A stretch of 64,000 nt of DNA from Bdellovibrionota bacterium (GCA_050952645.1 JBMNLI010000014.1:10300-74299); one strand, 5' to 3'; counted from the first letter of the stretch, positions 48,077 through 58,422 are shown. Translations and numbers: made by a program. The notes: generated from the sequence alone by a model not told the origin.

Positions 48077-49129
48077 ATGAGGAAAACATTTTTGGTTTTA
48101 TCGTTATATATAATCGCTTGCTCCGTTTCTGCTTGCTCAAATATAAGTCAAAAAACGACCCTAGGAGCTATAATCGGAGGCTTGGTAGGAGGAAGTGTCG
48201 GAGCCGTTGTCGGCCATCAATCAGATGAGGTTGGGGCAGGAGTGGCTATTGGCGCTGCGGCTGGAGCTGGTATAGGAGCTTTAATCGGAGCTAATTTAGA
48301 AGATGGTAATTCTTCAAGTCCTGATAAAATAATAACTAGCCAAGATAGAGCGTTTTACCCAGTTAATAATAATTTTAGCGATAATTATGAAACTAGTAAT
48401 TTTATAGGCTATAATGAAACTTTTTCGCAAAATGAAAGTGGAAATTTTGCAAAATTTGCCTATAATGATAATAGTTTTAATGGTAATAGTAATTTAAATA
48501 AAGGAGTGTCTTTATATTCTTCAGGATACTACGGCGCTATAAATGGTGGCACTTATTCTAGTGATTATAATAGCAATCTCTTAAATTACGTTAATACTGG
48601 GCAAACTAAAGGTTATTTAGGAGCTTTGAATATAGATAAAGGGATAATGCCTAATAAAATAATGCCAAATAAAGAAGAATATATTACAAATAATTATGCT
48701 ACTAATAATACTTATAATAATAACACTTACGCTAGCATTAATGATATTCCTAATGCACAAAATATAGAGTATCCAAAGGCTTCGTATAGTTGGGATAATA
48801 ATCCAATTAACAAGGAAAGTGGTGTTTCGGTAAATAATGTAAGCCTTAATGCTGATATATATAATGAACTTAGTAATGATTGCGAAAAAGCTAAAGCTAA
48901 GGCTACTCTAGCAAAGCAAACGGAAGTACTCGCAGATAAACTTTTTTATTATAGAAAAGCCTTAAGGTTATGTCCAAGTTCACCCGAGTACCATAATGGG
49001 TTAGGTGAGGTTTATATGGTGCTTAATCGTAGAGAAGATGCAGTGTTCGAGTTTAAGGAGGCTTTAAAATTAAATCCTGAGTTTTATACTGCAAAAAAGA
49101 ATTTAAATATAGCAGAAAACAAATATTAG
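48077..49129 (+). CDS. Glycine-zipper lipoprotein with C-terminal TPR
   Basis: VSAC lipobox; GAIIGGLVGG...GAAAGAGIGALIG; Asn-rich linker; YHNGLGEVY...ALKLNP TPR. Confidence 0.85.
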   Translation: MRKTFLVLSLYIIACSVSACSNISQKTTLGAIIGGLVGGSVGAVVGHQSDEVGAGVAIGAAAGAGIGALIGANLEDGNSSSPDKIITSQDRAFYPVNNNFSDNYETSNFIGYNETFSQNESGNFAKFAYNDNSFNGNSNLNKGVSLYSSGYYGAINGGTYSSDYNSNLLNYVNTGQTKGYLGALNIDKGIMPNKIMPNKEEYITNNYATNNTYNNNTYASINDIPNAQNIEYPKASYSWDNNPINKESGVSVNNVSLNADIYNELSNDCEKAKAKATLAKQTEVLADKLFYYRKALRLCPSSPEYHNGLGEVYMVLNRREDAVFEFKEALKLNPEFYTAKKNLNIAENKY

Positions 49130-49230
49130 TTTTTTAAAGGTTTATAAGTTAAAGATTTAATTTAAGCCTTAATAAATTTTAATATTCGTTTTAATATTCG
49201 TTTGAGTGATTTGTCTGTAGGTAGTTATAT

Positions 49231-50148
49231 ATGAAAAAAATTGTATTAGTATTTTTATTTGCTTTACTTTTTAGTTTTACTTTTAATAGTTATGCAAATA
49301 ATAGTCATGCAGAAGATTTAACTCGAGATGTAAATAATAAGCTAGAAACACCCGATACGACTCCTAATGTAGCAATCGATGTAGATGGTATGGTTGAAAA
49401 AATAGAAACGATAGCTATAAATAATAATATTGATAATAATAAAGTTGATAATAATAATATAGATGATGCTAAAGAAGTAAACGATATAAAAAAAGAAGAT
49501 ACAGATAAAGAAGATACGCAAGAATGGCAAAAAGTTGAGGCTGTAGTTAATAATGTAAATGAAAATATAGATAGCAATATAGAAAATAAAAACATAGATG
49601 AAAAAGATATAACGGATAAAAATATTGAAGATAAAAATATAGAAGATATTAAGAGTAAAGGTCTTTATGATAGCTCGCTCGATTGGATAGATGAAGAGGA
49701 ACAAGCAAAGAAAGAAAAATTTATACTAGATTACAAGCAAGCTAGAACTAATGAGGCAATAGTGGATATTTTAAGAAGTAGGTCGCTAGATGCGAGAGTC
49801 GATGCAAGGGGCATTATAATCAATTTAGAAAATGCATTATTTGAATTTAATAGCGCAACGCTATCTCCTAAAGCACGTCCTCATATAAAAGAAATAGCAA
49901 AGTTTTTACAATCTCTTCCCGAAAGAACCGTTGAGGCACAAGGACACACGGATTCCGTTGGAACCGTTATTTATAATTATAAATTATCGCAAGGTCGTGC
50001 TAAAAATGTCGTTCAAGAACTAGTTGAAAATGGCGTAAGCCGTTCAAGATTAGAGTATAAAGGCTATGGAGAAAGCGATCCTATTGCAACAAATAGAACC
50101 GAAGAGGGCAGAGAAAGAAATAGGCGTGTAGAGTTAGTAGTAAAGTAG
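49231..50148 (+). CDS. OmpA-like peptidoglycan-binding protein
   Basis: Signal peptide; LFEFNSATL, GHTDSVG, NYKLSQGRA, GYGES, NRRVE. Confidence 0.92.
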   Translation: MKKIVLVFLFALLFSFTFNSYANNSHAEDLTRDVNNKLETPDTTPNVAIDVDGMVEKIETIAINNNIDNNKVDNNNIDDAKEVNDIKKEDTDKEDTQEWQKVEAVVNNVNENIDSNIENKNIDEKDITDKNIEDKNIEDIKSKGLYDSSLDWIDEEEQAKKEKFILDYKQARTNEAIVDILRSRSLDARVDARGIIINLENALFEFNSATLSPKARPHIKEIAKFLQSLPERTVEAQGHTDSVGTVIYNYKLSQGRAKNVVQELVENGVSRSRLEYKGYGESDPIATNRTEEGRERNRRVELVVK

Positions 50149-50203
50149 TTTATTACGACTAGCTAAAAATTAAAGATTTTTTTTAAAGATGTAATTTTAT
50201 TAA

Positions 50204-51331
50204 ATGAAAGTAGCAATAGTTCATGATTGGCTTACAGGTATGCGTGGTGGGGAAAGATGCTTAGAGGCGTTCCTAGATATATACCCAGATGCCGATATCT
50301 TTACGATGATACATATAAAAGGCACTACATCTAAAAGGATAGACGGTAGAGTTAAAAAAGTATCATTTCTAAACAAAATCCCAAATATAAAAAAATATTA
50401 TAGGTATTTTTTGCCATTATACCCTTTTGCTATAAAAAGTTTTGATTTTTCAGGATACGATCTAATAATATCTTTAAGTCATGCGGTTGCAAAAAATATC
50501 AACAAACCTAAAAATGCAGTGCATGTTTCGTATATTTTTACACCTATGAGATACGCTTGGGATCAAGCTAAAAATTATTTTGGAAAGCTTACATATTTAT
50601 TATATCCGCTTTTAATTTGTTTAAGGTATTGGGATAAATATCAATCTAAAAATGTCGACTATTTCGTTGCTATAAGTAATTTTGTAAAAGCAAGAGTAAG
50701 ATGCTTTTATAAGCGTAAAGCTTACGTTATTTATCCGCCTTGTCAAAGCAAATGGAAGATAGCGCCTAGTGATGAATTTAAAAAAGGAGAGGCTTTTTTA
50801 CTCGCAGGAGCTATGGTTCCGTATAAATACCCAGATGTGGCAGTCAAGGTTTTTTCAAAGCTCGATTTGCCTCTTTGGGTAGTAGGAACTGGTCCTATGA
50901 AAGAAGAGCTAGAAGTGATAAAAACGCCTAATATTAAATTTTTAGGAAGAATCGATGATAAGGAGTTTTCGCATTATTACCAAAACTCTAGGGCGTTAAT
51001 TTTCCCAGGCAAGGAAGACTTTGGTATAATTCCTATCGAATGCTTAGCTAGTGGAAGACCAGTTATAGGGCTTTACGATGGAGCTCTAAAAGAGACTATA
51101 AAAGGGGTTCGTTACTGGAAGGATGAGAAAATTACTAATCATAATGGAGTTTATATTAAGAAAGGCAAAGATAGAGAGAAAAATTTAAAAGAAGCATTAG
51201 AGTATTTTATAGCAAACGAAGAAAAGTTTTTGTCAAAAAATTGCGTGGAGCAATCGATAAAATACACGGAAGATAATTTTAAAGCTAACTGGAATATATT
51301 TATTAGTGATGTTTTTAATAAAAAGTTTTAA
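50204..51331 (+). CDS. GT4 family glycosyltransferase
   Basis: VHDWLTGMRGGER, TPMRYAWD, EDFGIIPIE. Confidence 0.93.
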   Translation: MKVAIVHDWLTGMRGGERCLEAFLDIYPDADIFTMIHIKGTTSKRIDGRVKKVSFLNKIPNIKKYYRYFLPLYPFAIKSFDFSGYDLIISLSHAVAKNINKPKNAVHVSYIFTPMRYAWDQAKNYFGKLTYLLYPLLICLRYWDKYQSKNVDYFVAISNFVKARVRCFYKRKAYVIYPPCQSKWKIAPSDEFKKGEAFLLAGAMVPYKYPDVAVKVFSKLDLPLWVVGTGPMKEELEVIKTPNIKFLGRIDDKEFSHYYQNSRALIFPGKEDFGIIPIECLASGRPVIGLYDGALKETIKGVRYWKDEKITNHNGVYIKKGKDREKNLKEALEYFIANEEKFLSKNCVEQSIKYTEDNFKANWNIFISDVFNKKF

Positions 51332-51357
51332 ATAAGAAGTTTTAAATAAAAAGAAAT

Positions 51358-51462
51358 AGCTCTCGCACTTTTTAAAAGGTAGCTTTAAACAAAAATTATA
51401 TTTTTCGTTAGTTTAAAATAAAAAATTTAGTATTAATATTTAAGATGTATGCGTAAGAGAGC
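51358..51462. mobile_element. Possible highly degenerate MITE copy
   Basis: AGCTCTCGCACTTTTTAAAAGGT at left, GCGTAAGAGAGC at right; similar length to intact copies. Confidence 0.35.
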
Positions 51463-51547
51463 AAAAAAAGGTAAGACTTAATATAAATTTCTAAAAAGTA
51501 AAGAACTAAAAAAATTAAAAAAAATTAGAAAAGAAAGTTTAAAAAAT

Positions 51548-52954
51548 ATGTTAAAAGAAAGAAGACAACTAGTAGAAGTTTTTTTTGTTATATTCGATCT
51601 GTTTTTTATAGCGGTAGCTTGGGTTCTAGCTTATTACATAAGATTTTATTCAGGGATAGTAATCGTCGATAAGGGGATACCTCCATTTTCACAATATTTT
51701 TGGATCTTGATAGTCGTTTTGCCCATATGGTTTTTAGCTTATAAGCTAGGCGGGCTTTACGTTCCACTAAGAGCGACGGCTCGCAAATCGTATGAAAGTT
51801 TTTTACTTATTAGGGCCAATAGTATCGCAATACTAGTTCTTATCTCTTACACGTATTTAGTGCAAGAAAGAACTTTAGAGGTTTCAAGGTTAGTGCTTTT
51901 TTATTTTGCAGTCTTATCTACACTATTTGGGATATTAGGAAGAAGCGTTTTAAGGCGTTTTTTAAGGGATATAAGAAGAAAGGGTTATAACTTAAAGTTT
52001 ATGCTTATAATAGGTGGAGGAAAGGTAGCAAAGGATGTTGCAGAAAGAATTAGAAAAAGAAAAGACTACGGCATTCAACTAATAGGGTGTTTAAATAAAA
52101 CCGGTGAAAGTAGTAAAGAGATAGATCTCCCAGTTTTAGGGAAATATGAAGATTTAAGAGATATATTAGATAAAAAGCAAATAGATATGGTAGTAGTAGC
52201 TCTTCCATTAGAAGACAATCAAATGCTTCCCGTGGTGATGAAAGTTTTAAGCGATTCGGTAGTCGATGTTAAAATAGTTCCAGATGTTTACCAATTTATA
52301 AGTGTAGGAGGGTTTATCCAAGATTTCGATGGTCTCCCAGTTTTAGGTCTCCAAGAGTCTACTATCGATGGAATCAATTATTGGATAAAAAGAGTGTTCG
52401 ATATTGTAGTATCATTGCTTCTTATAATTCTTTTAGCACCACTTATGCTTTTAATAGCAATCCTTGTAAAATTAACGTCTAGGGGATCTTGTATTTATAA
52501 GCAAGAGAGAATGAGTTTAGATGGCTCATCGTTTCAGATGTTAAAGTTTAGAACGATGAAACAAGATGCTGAAAAATCGGGGCCAGGGTGGACGGTAAAA
52601 AATGATGAAAGAGTCACGGGCTTAGGAAAATTTTTACGTGCTTATAGTCTAGATGAGCTTCCGCAGCTTTTTAATGTTCTAAAGGGTGATATGTCGCTAG
52701 TAGGACCTCGCCCTGAAAGACCAGTGTATATTCAAGAGTTTAGAAAAAAAATTTTCTCATTATATGATAAGACATAAAGTAAAATCTGGCATAACGGGTT
52801 ATGCACAAATAAAGGGGTGGCGAGGGGGGACACTTCGATAGATAAGCGTATAGAGTGCGACTTATATTATATAGAAAACTGGTCGCTTTTCTTTGATTTA
52901 AAAATACTCTTTTTAACTATCTTTAGTGTATTTAAAAAGACGAACGCTTACTAG
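51548..52954 (+). CDS. wcaJ: Undecaprenyl-phosphate glucose phosphotransferase (two 3' frameshifts)
   Basis: KRVFD, KFRTM, SLDELPQL, SLVGPRPE; shifted frames continue HKVKSGITGYAQ and DLYYIENWS to TAG at 52954. Confidence 0.9.
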
Positions 52955-52995
52955 AGGCTTTGTTAATATTCTTAAATTTTATATTTTCAAGTTTT

Positions 52996-53827
52996 ATGAT
53001 AATCAAAAAAATAAAAAATTTAAATTTAGAAGAGATTGCTGAAAGTGGGCAAATTTTTAGAATGAATAAAAATAAAGATAATTCTTTTAATATTATTTCT
53101 AAAGATAAATTTTTAAAAGTTAAAGAAGCTAAGAGTGGTGAGTTTCATTTTTATTGCGAAAGGAAAGAGTTTGAAAATTATTGGAAGAACTTTTTTGATT
53201 TAGAAACTGATTATTCAAAAATTTTAAGTTTGATAGATAAGAATGATAAATTTTTATACGAAGCTAGCAAGGCTGGAAGTGGCATAAGGATATTAAGGCA
53301 AGACCTTTTTGAGACGATTATTAGTTTTATAATTTCTCAGCAAAATAATATTCCTAAGATAAAAAATACCATAGAAAAGCTTTGTAAAAAATTTGGTGAA
53401 TTAAAAGAAGATAAAGAAACGGGATGCAAGTTTTTCGCATTTCCTAAAGCTAAAGATTTGCGTAATATAAAAGACCTTCAAGGCTTATCTTTTAGGATAT
53501 CGAGATAAATATATAAGTGCGTTTTGTCAAAGCGTGTGTAATAAAACTTTTTTATTAGAAGAGTTAGAAAATAAGAGCAATGAAGAAGAGTGTTTAGAAA
53601 AGCTTTTAAGTATTTATGGGGTAGGTAAGAAAGTTGCTAATTGCGTTTTACTTTTTTCGCTTCATAAATTAAATGCTTTTCCTGTAGATACGTGGATAAA
53701 AAAAGTTTTAGAAACAAAGTATGGTAATAATTTTCCTTATAAGAGATACGACGGCTACCTAGGCGTCATTCAGCAGTACATGTTTTTTTACGCAAAGAAA
53801 AAAGAAAAAGAAGAAAAAAATTCTTAA
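52996..53827 (+). CDS. ogg: 8-oxoguanine DNA glycosylase (frameshift at T4 53490-53493)
   Basis: ESGQIFR, GIRILRQD, ISQQNNIPKI; removing one T restores LGYR and joins GVGKKVANC...FPVDTW...QQYMF. Confidence 0.9.
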
Positions 53828-53945
53828 ACTTTTCACGAACATTTTTTTTTATATAATCGATATCTTCTTTAGTGATAAAAATTAGATAAGGCTTTTTAAG
53901 CTTTATTTTAAAAAACTTTTTATATTATTAAAGGAGAAACTAGCG

Positions 53946-54279
53946 ATGAGTATAAATATAAGCCAATTAAAAAATAATTTAAACCAAGTTCAAATGGAAA
54001 ACTATGAGAAAGCAGGCTCTAATGTGGCTGCGTCTTTTGGCAATGCAGAAGATGATTTAATGCAAATTTACACAGCTACAGATGATGCTACTATAAAAAG
54101 TATTGCGAGTAGATTAGGTATAAACGTTGAGAAAAAAAGCGGGTACTGAACTTTTAGAATCAACACAAACCGTAGCAAAATTAAAATATGAAAAAGCATC
54201 TAGGACTTATTCTATGTTTATAAAAATTATGGAAAATGCGCATCAGATGCTTATGAATATTATAAACAAGATAGGTTAA
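53946..54279 (+). CDS. About 110 aa helical protein with T3SS needle/pilin-like C-terminus (frameshift at A7 54132-54138)
   Basis: AAGGAG RBS; removing one A gives ...KYEKASRTYSMFIKIMENAHQMLMNIINKIG*. Confidence 0.65.
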
Positions 54280-54319
54280 TTTTTTTTTATACTTTTAATT
54301 TAATTATTTGGAGGAGTAT

Positions 54320-55328
54320 ATGACTACTATTTCTGAATTAAGACAAGCTTATAGAAAGGAAAACTTAGATGCTACATCTTTAAAAGACTCTATGGCAGAT
54401 ATGATGAATGAGCTTGTAAAAACTAATAAACAAGGTTCAAATATTGGAAATGAAGAAATGGGCGAAGATTTCGTCTATACTTCTCTTGTTTATGATCAAT
54501 TAAAAAAGCAAGACGCTTCATTAGCTGAAACTTTTAAAAGTAAAATTGCCACAGTCTTTAATAGGCTTAATGATAAATCGAGAAGAGAATCTCAACCTTT
54601 GTTTAAGGCTACAAATAGAGTGCTTAGAACGATGGTAAGAGCTGGTGATTTAACGAAAAAAATAAATAAAGTGATGAAGCGTATAGCTTTAGGAAAATCT
54701 CAATTAGATAAAAAACCTAATAGATTGAGAAGAGCGCCAATAGTTATCGATAATAGCGAAACTAAAAATAATGTTGAAGAGATTATCGATAGGATTGGTA
54801 AAAACAGAGTCGCATCTAACGCTACATTAGAGGCTATAGTTGCAAGAAATGCTCGTAAGACTATATCGGTTGAGGCATGGGAGCGAAAAAAAGACTTTCT
54901 AGATGGACTAAAAGCAGCTCCAATAGAAGAGAAAAAAGTAGGTAGCGTAGCATCTGTTAGCGATGTAGAAGAAAAGAAGGTAAATGTATTTAAAGGCACT
55001 ACTAACGATATGGTCTTTGACCCAAAATCGGAATATGGAAAGCCAGTTTTTATTTTACCTCATTTATATTCTAATGTAGAAAAAGTTGCCGATATAAAAA
55101 TGGAAACTACAGATGGTGTGCCATTAGGAGATTTTACGTATGGTGGCACTGAAGAGGGAATTCCTGATAGCAACTATGCTAGAAAATTTTTATTATTTCT
55201 CTCATGAGATGACGCTTCCAAGTAAGATAAATATTTTAATGCGTTTCGAAGGAACTGATGAGTGGTTTTATCAAGCTTTCGATACTAGAGAAATGCACAC
55301 GATAAGATATAGAAGCAAAAGCTTATAA
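54320..55328 (+). CDS. Hypothetical protein, about 335 aa (frameshift near 55183-55191)
   Basis: GGAGGAG RBS before ATG 54320; removing one base joins the 55140-55328 frame. Confidence 0.7.
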
Positions 55329-55447
55329 TATTGGTAATATTTCGCCTTTAGTCATCTTTTCCTTATATATCGGGCTATATATATCGATTATATATATATC
55401 GATGACTTACAAGAAAGAGAAAGAAAAAGAAAGAAAGAGAAAGAAAG

Positions 55448-55502
55448 AAAAGGGACGATGTCTTTTAAAAAGTTGATTTTTAAATAAGCATCGTCCTTTT
55501 TT
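55448..55502 (+). terminator. Intrinsic, possibly bidirectional, terminator
   Basis: AAAGGGACGATG...CATCGTCCTTTT with an inner A/T stem and a T-tract. Confidence 0.75.
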
Positions 55503-55726
55503 ATTGTCTTTTTTATTGTCTTTTTTATTGTCCTTATTATTGCCTTTGTTTTTAATTTTTTTTGCATTATTAGCTTATAACCATTTGGAATTATTGAATA
55601 TTCTAATTAGACAAAAGGTAAATAAATAGTAATATAAGCGATAATAGGTGCTTATTTTTAAAAGACAATGTTCTAAAATATCTTAAAATATTTAAAAAAA
55701 ATATTATTTTTTTTTAAATTTTAAAC

Positions 55727-55753
55727 TAATGTTTAAAGTTTTCATGCCGATAG
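55727..55753 (+). promoter_or_regulatory. Putative sigma-28 (FliA) promoter of flagellin
   Basis: TAAT-N15-GCCGATAG versus consensus TAAA-N15-GCCGATAA; about 100 nt upstream of the flagellin start. Confidence 0.6.
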
Positions 55754-55851
55754 TCTATTCGTAGGTTGTTAATAGGAAAGTTTTATAATTTAAATAAAAT
55801 TTTAGATTTTTTTAAATTTTTTTAAATTTTTGTGTGTGCGGTAAATAGAAT

Positions 55852-57774
55852 TTGGCGATTAAAATAAGGACAGACATATTTGCAATGAATGCAATTAGAG
55901 GCTTATCTAAAAGCTCAAAAGAGCTTTCAGATATCTACTCTAAGTTATCATCTGGAATCAGAATAAATAAAGCCTCCGATGATGCTGCGGGGCTTGCTAT
56001 CGCTTCTTCATTAAATACCGATTGCAGAGTTTTTAATCAGGGACTTAAAAACGTAAATGATGGTATCTCCTTTATACAAATAGCTAGTAATGCTATCTCT
56101 TCACTAAAAGACATCACTATAAGACGCCAAGAACTCGCCGAGCAATCTGCTAATGGTGTTTATTCAGATAAACAAAGAGAAAGTTTAAATGAAGAGTTTA
56201 TAGCATTAGCTAACGAATACCAAAGGATTATAGCTACTACCGAATTTAATGGCTTAAATTTATTAAATGGTAGTATGGAAAAATTATCATTGCAATTAGG
56301 ATATTCCGAGCTAGATTTAGATTTTGGTAAAACGCTAAAAGAACTAAAGACGCTAGGCGTTTACAAAGTGGGCTATTCGGCAGAAAGGTCTTTTACACAA
56401 ACCGTTGCATCTACTAACGGCGGATTTTCGTCAGATATTGCACTCGGTGATGTTAATGGCGATGGCTTTTTAGATATGATAGTTTCAGATTATGGAACTA
56501 AGGAACAGTGTACTAATGGTGGGTATTCTAATACGGTTTCAGTATCTATAGGAAAGGGCGACGGAACTTTTGAAGATGCAGTTTTTTATAGCTTAGGAGT
56601 AGAAAGCAGACCGCACAATGTTTCTTTAGCAGATATAAATAGCGATGGGCATTTAGATATTTTATCAGATATCGCACAAGGCGACGTAGTATACCTTATG
56701 ACTAATAATGGAGATGGCACATTTAATACTAGCGAGACTTTCGACCCAGAGCTAATAGTGTTAAACTCGGTAGCTTCAGGTGATATAAATGGTGATGGCA
56801 ATGTGGATATTATAACTGCAGGAAGAGGCGCATCTGGAAATGGAGTTTTCGTAAATTTAGGTGATGGTGCTGGAAATTTTAGCGCCGCGACGACTGGGCA
56901 AAGCACGCCATCTAGCGTATTTAATTTAAGAGTTGCAGATATAAATGGCGATGGAAATGATGATGTAGTATCTGCAAATAAGGCAAACAATAGCTTTTCA
57001 GTTTTTACATCGAATGGAACGGGGCTAGAGGCTGGAGATGTGTATAATGTCGGAGCTACAGTTTACGATGTGGCAGTAGGCGATTTAGATGGAGATGGAA
57101 AAAGTGATATAGCGGTAGCATCTGGTAATGGCTTACATATTTATAAGCAAAATGAAGATGGAACTTTTTCAAATGTTAAAACTTTTAATGAAGGCTCGAG
57201 AGTTACGGCAGTAGAGATAGACGATATAGATAATGATGGAAGCTTAGATGTCGTGTCTGCACAAAGTTTAGATAATACGGTTACGCTATTTATAAATGAG
57301 GGCGACCTAAAATTTAAAAAACAGACGGCGTATGCAGGAAGCGGAGCTTCTGCAATGGCAGTAGGTGATATAAATAATGATGATGCGTTAGATGTTGCAA
57401 CGGCAAACTCTAGGGCAGCAACGGCAGAGGCGTTGACCGCAGGCGAGGTTCATATGGACATTTTAACTCAGCGCAATGCGCTAAACTCTCTAGATGAGTT
57501 AAAAACGATATTAGAAAAACTATCGAGCTTCCAAGGACAGTTAGGGGCTGTTCAATCGAGATTAGAAACTGCATCTAATGTTATGCAAATATCGAAAGAA
57601 AATAGTAGCGCCGCTGCATCGATTATTTCAGATGTAGATGTTGCAGATGCTAGCTCAAGAATGGTAAGACAAAATATACTTCAAGAGGTTTCTGCATCGA
57701 TCATATCTCATGCGAATTTACAATCAAATATCGCTTTGCAGTTGCTAGATTTTTCTAATGAAACAAAAAAATGA
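55852..57774 (+). CDS. Flagellin with seven FG-GAP/VCBS repeats in the variable region
   Basis: N-terminal KLSSGIRINKASDDAAGLAI...TEFNG; C-terminal LGAVQSRLE...ISDVDVA...ANLQSNIALQLL; seven DxxxDG/D loops between; TTG start. Confidence 0.93.
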   Translation: MAIKIRTDIFAMNAIRGLSKSSKELSDIYSKLSSGIRINKASDDAAGLAIASSLNTDCRVFNQGLKNVNDGISFIQIASNAISSLKDITIRRQELAEQSANGVYSDKQRESLNEEFIALANEYQRIIATTEFNGLNLLNGSMEKLSLQLGYSELDLDFGKTLKELKTLGVYKVGYSAERSFTQTVASTNGGFSSDIALGDVNGDGFLDMIVSDYGTKEQCTNGGYSNTVSVSIGKGDGTFEDAVFYSLGVESRPHNVSLADINSDGHLDILSDIAQGDVVYLMTNNGDGTFNTSETFDPELIVLNSVASGDINGDGNVDIITAGRGASGNGVFVNLGDGAGNFSAATTGQSTPSSVFNLRVADINGDGNDDVVSANKANNSFSVFTSNGTGLEAGDVYNVGATVYDVAVGDLDGDGKSDIAVASGNGLHIYKQNEDGTFSNVKTFNEGSRVTAVEIDDIDNDGSLDVVSAQSLDNTVTLFINEGDLKFKKQTAYAGSGASAMAVGDINNDDALDVATANSRAATAEALTAGEVHMDILTQRNALNSLDELKTILEKLSSFQGQLGAVQSRLETASNVMQISKENSSAAASIISDVDVADASSRMVRQNILQEVSASIISHANLQSNIALQLLDFSNETKK

Positions 57775-58256
57775 TTCTTCGTATTTTCTAGAAGATAAAA
57801 AGAATTATTTTATTTAAAAAAGTAAATCTAGACTTTGTAAAACTCTTAATTTTTTCTAATTATTTTCTTATTTCTTTCTTATTTTTTAATTGTTTTTCTT
57901 TTGATTTTTTTAAAAAAGTTTTCTTAATTTATAATATGCGTAAGTTTATACGCTTAAATTATATGCTTAAATTAAAGGCTTAAAATGAAAATTATCTAAA
58001 TAAAATTACTTAGAAAAATTACTTAAAAAAACTCGTGAAAATTAAGTATAAATTTTAATTACTTTATCTTTAGGTTTGGTTTGAGTTTTTGTAAATAGAT
58101 GGTAATCTAAAAGGCGAGTTTATAGGAAAAAGAGATGAGGTTTTTCTTAATATTTTCTAAAGAAAAGTAAGGCAAATGTTCATAACAACGTTTTTATTTT
58201 AAAAAACTTAAGGTTAGAAAAAAAATCTTCTTTAGAAAATCAAGCACTTACATAAA

Positions 58257-58304
58257 ATACTACATTTTGTGCTTGACGGTTTGCTCGAACACAAGATATT
58301 GTGT
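58257..58304 (+). promoter_or_regulatory. Tandem NrdR boxes overlapping a sigma-70 promoter
   Basis: ATACTACATTTTGTGC (58257-58272) and ACACAAGATATTGTGT (58289-58304), 32 bp apart, match acaCwAtATaTwGtgt; TTGACG at 58273 and TATTGT at 58297. Confidence 0.88.
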
Positions 58305-58422
58305 TTTAAGTGATAAAGAGATAATCACTAAATAAGTTCAAAATTCACGATATTCACTAATAATTTATAGATATTTATCCTAAGTTTATTAGGTTTATTG
58401 TGTAAAAAAATTAAAATAAGGG

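Noticed and set aside
53946..54149. Alternative genetic code (TGA readthrough) explaining short ORFs
   Set aside because: Conserved Trp residues use TGG, the flagellin ends at TGA, and the broken genes resume in a different frame rather than by readthrough.
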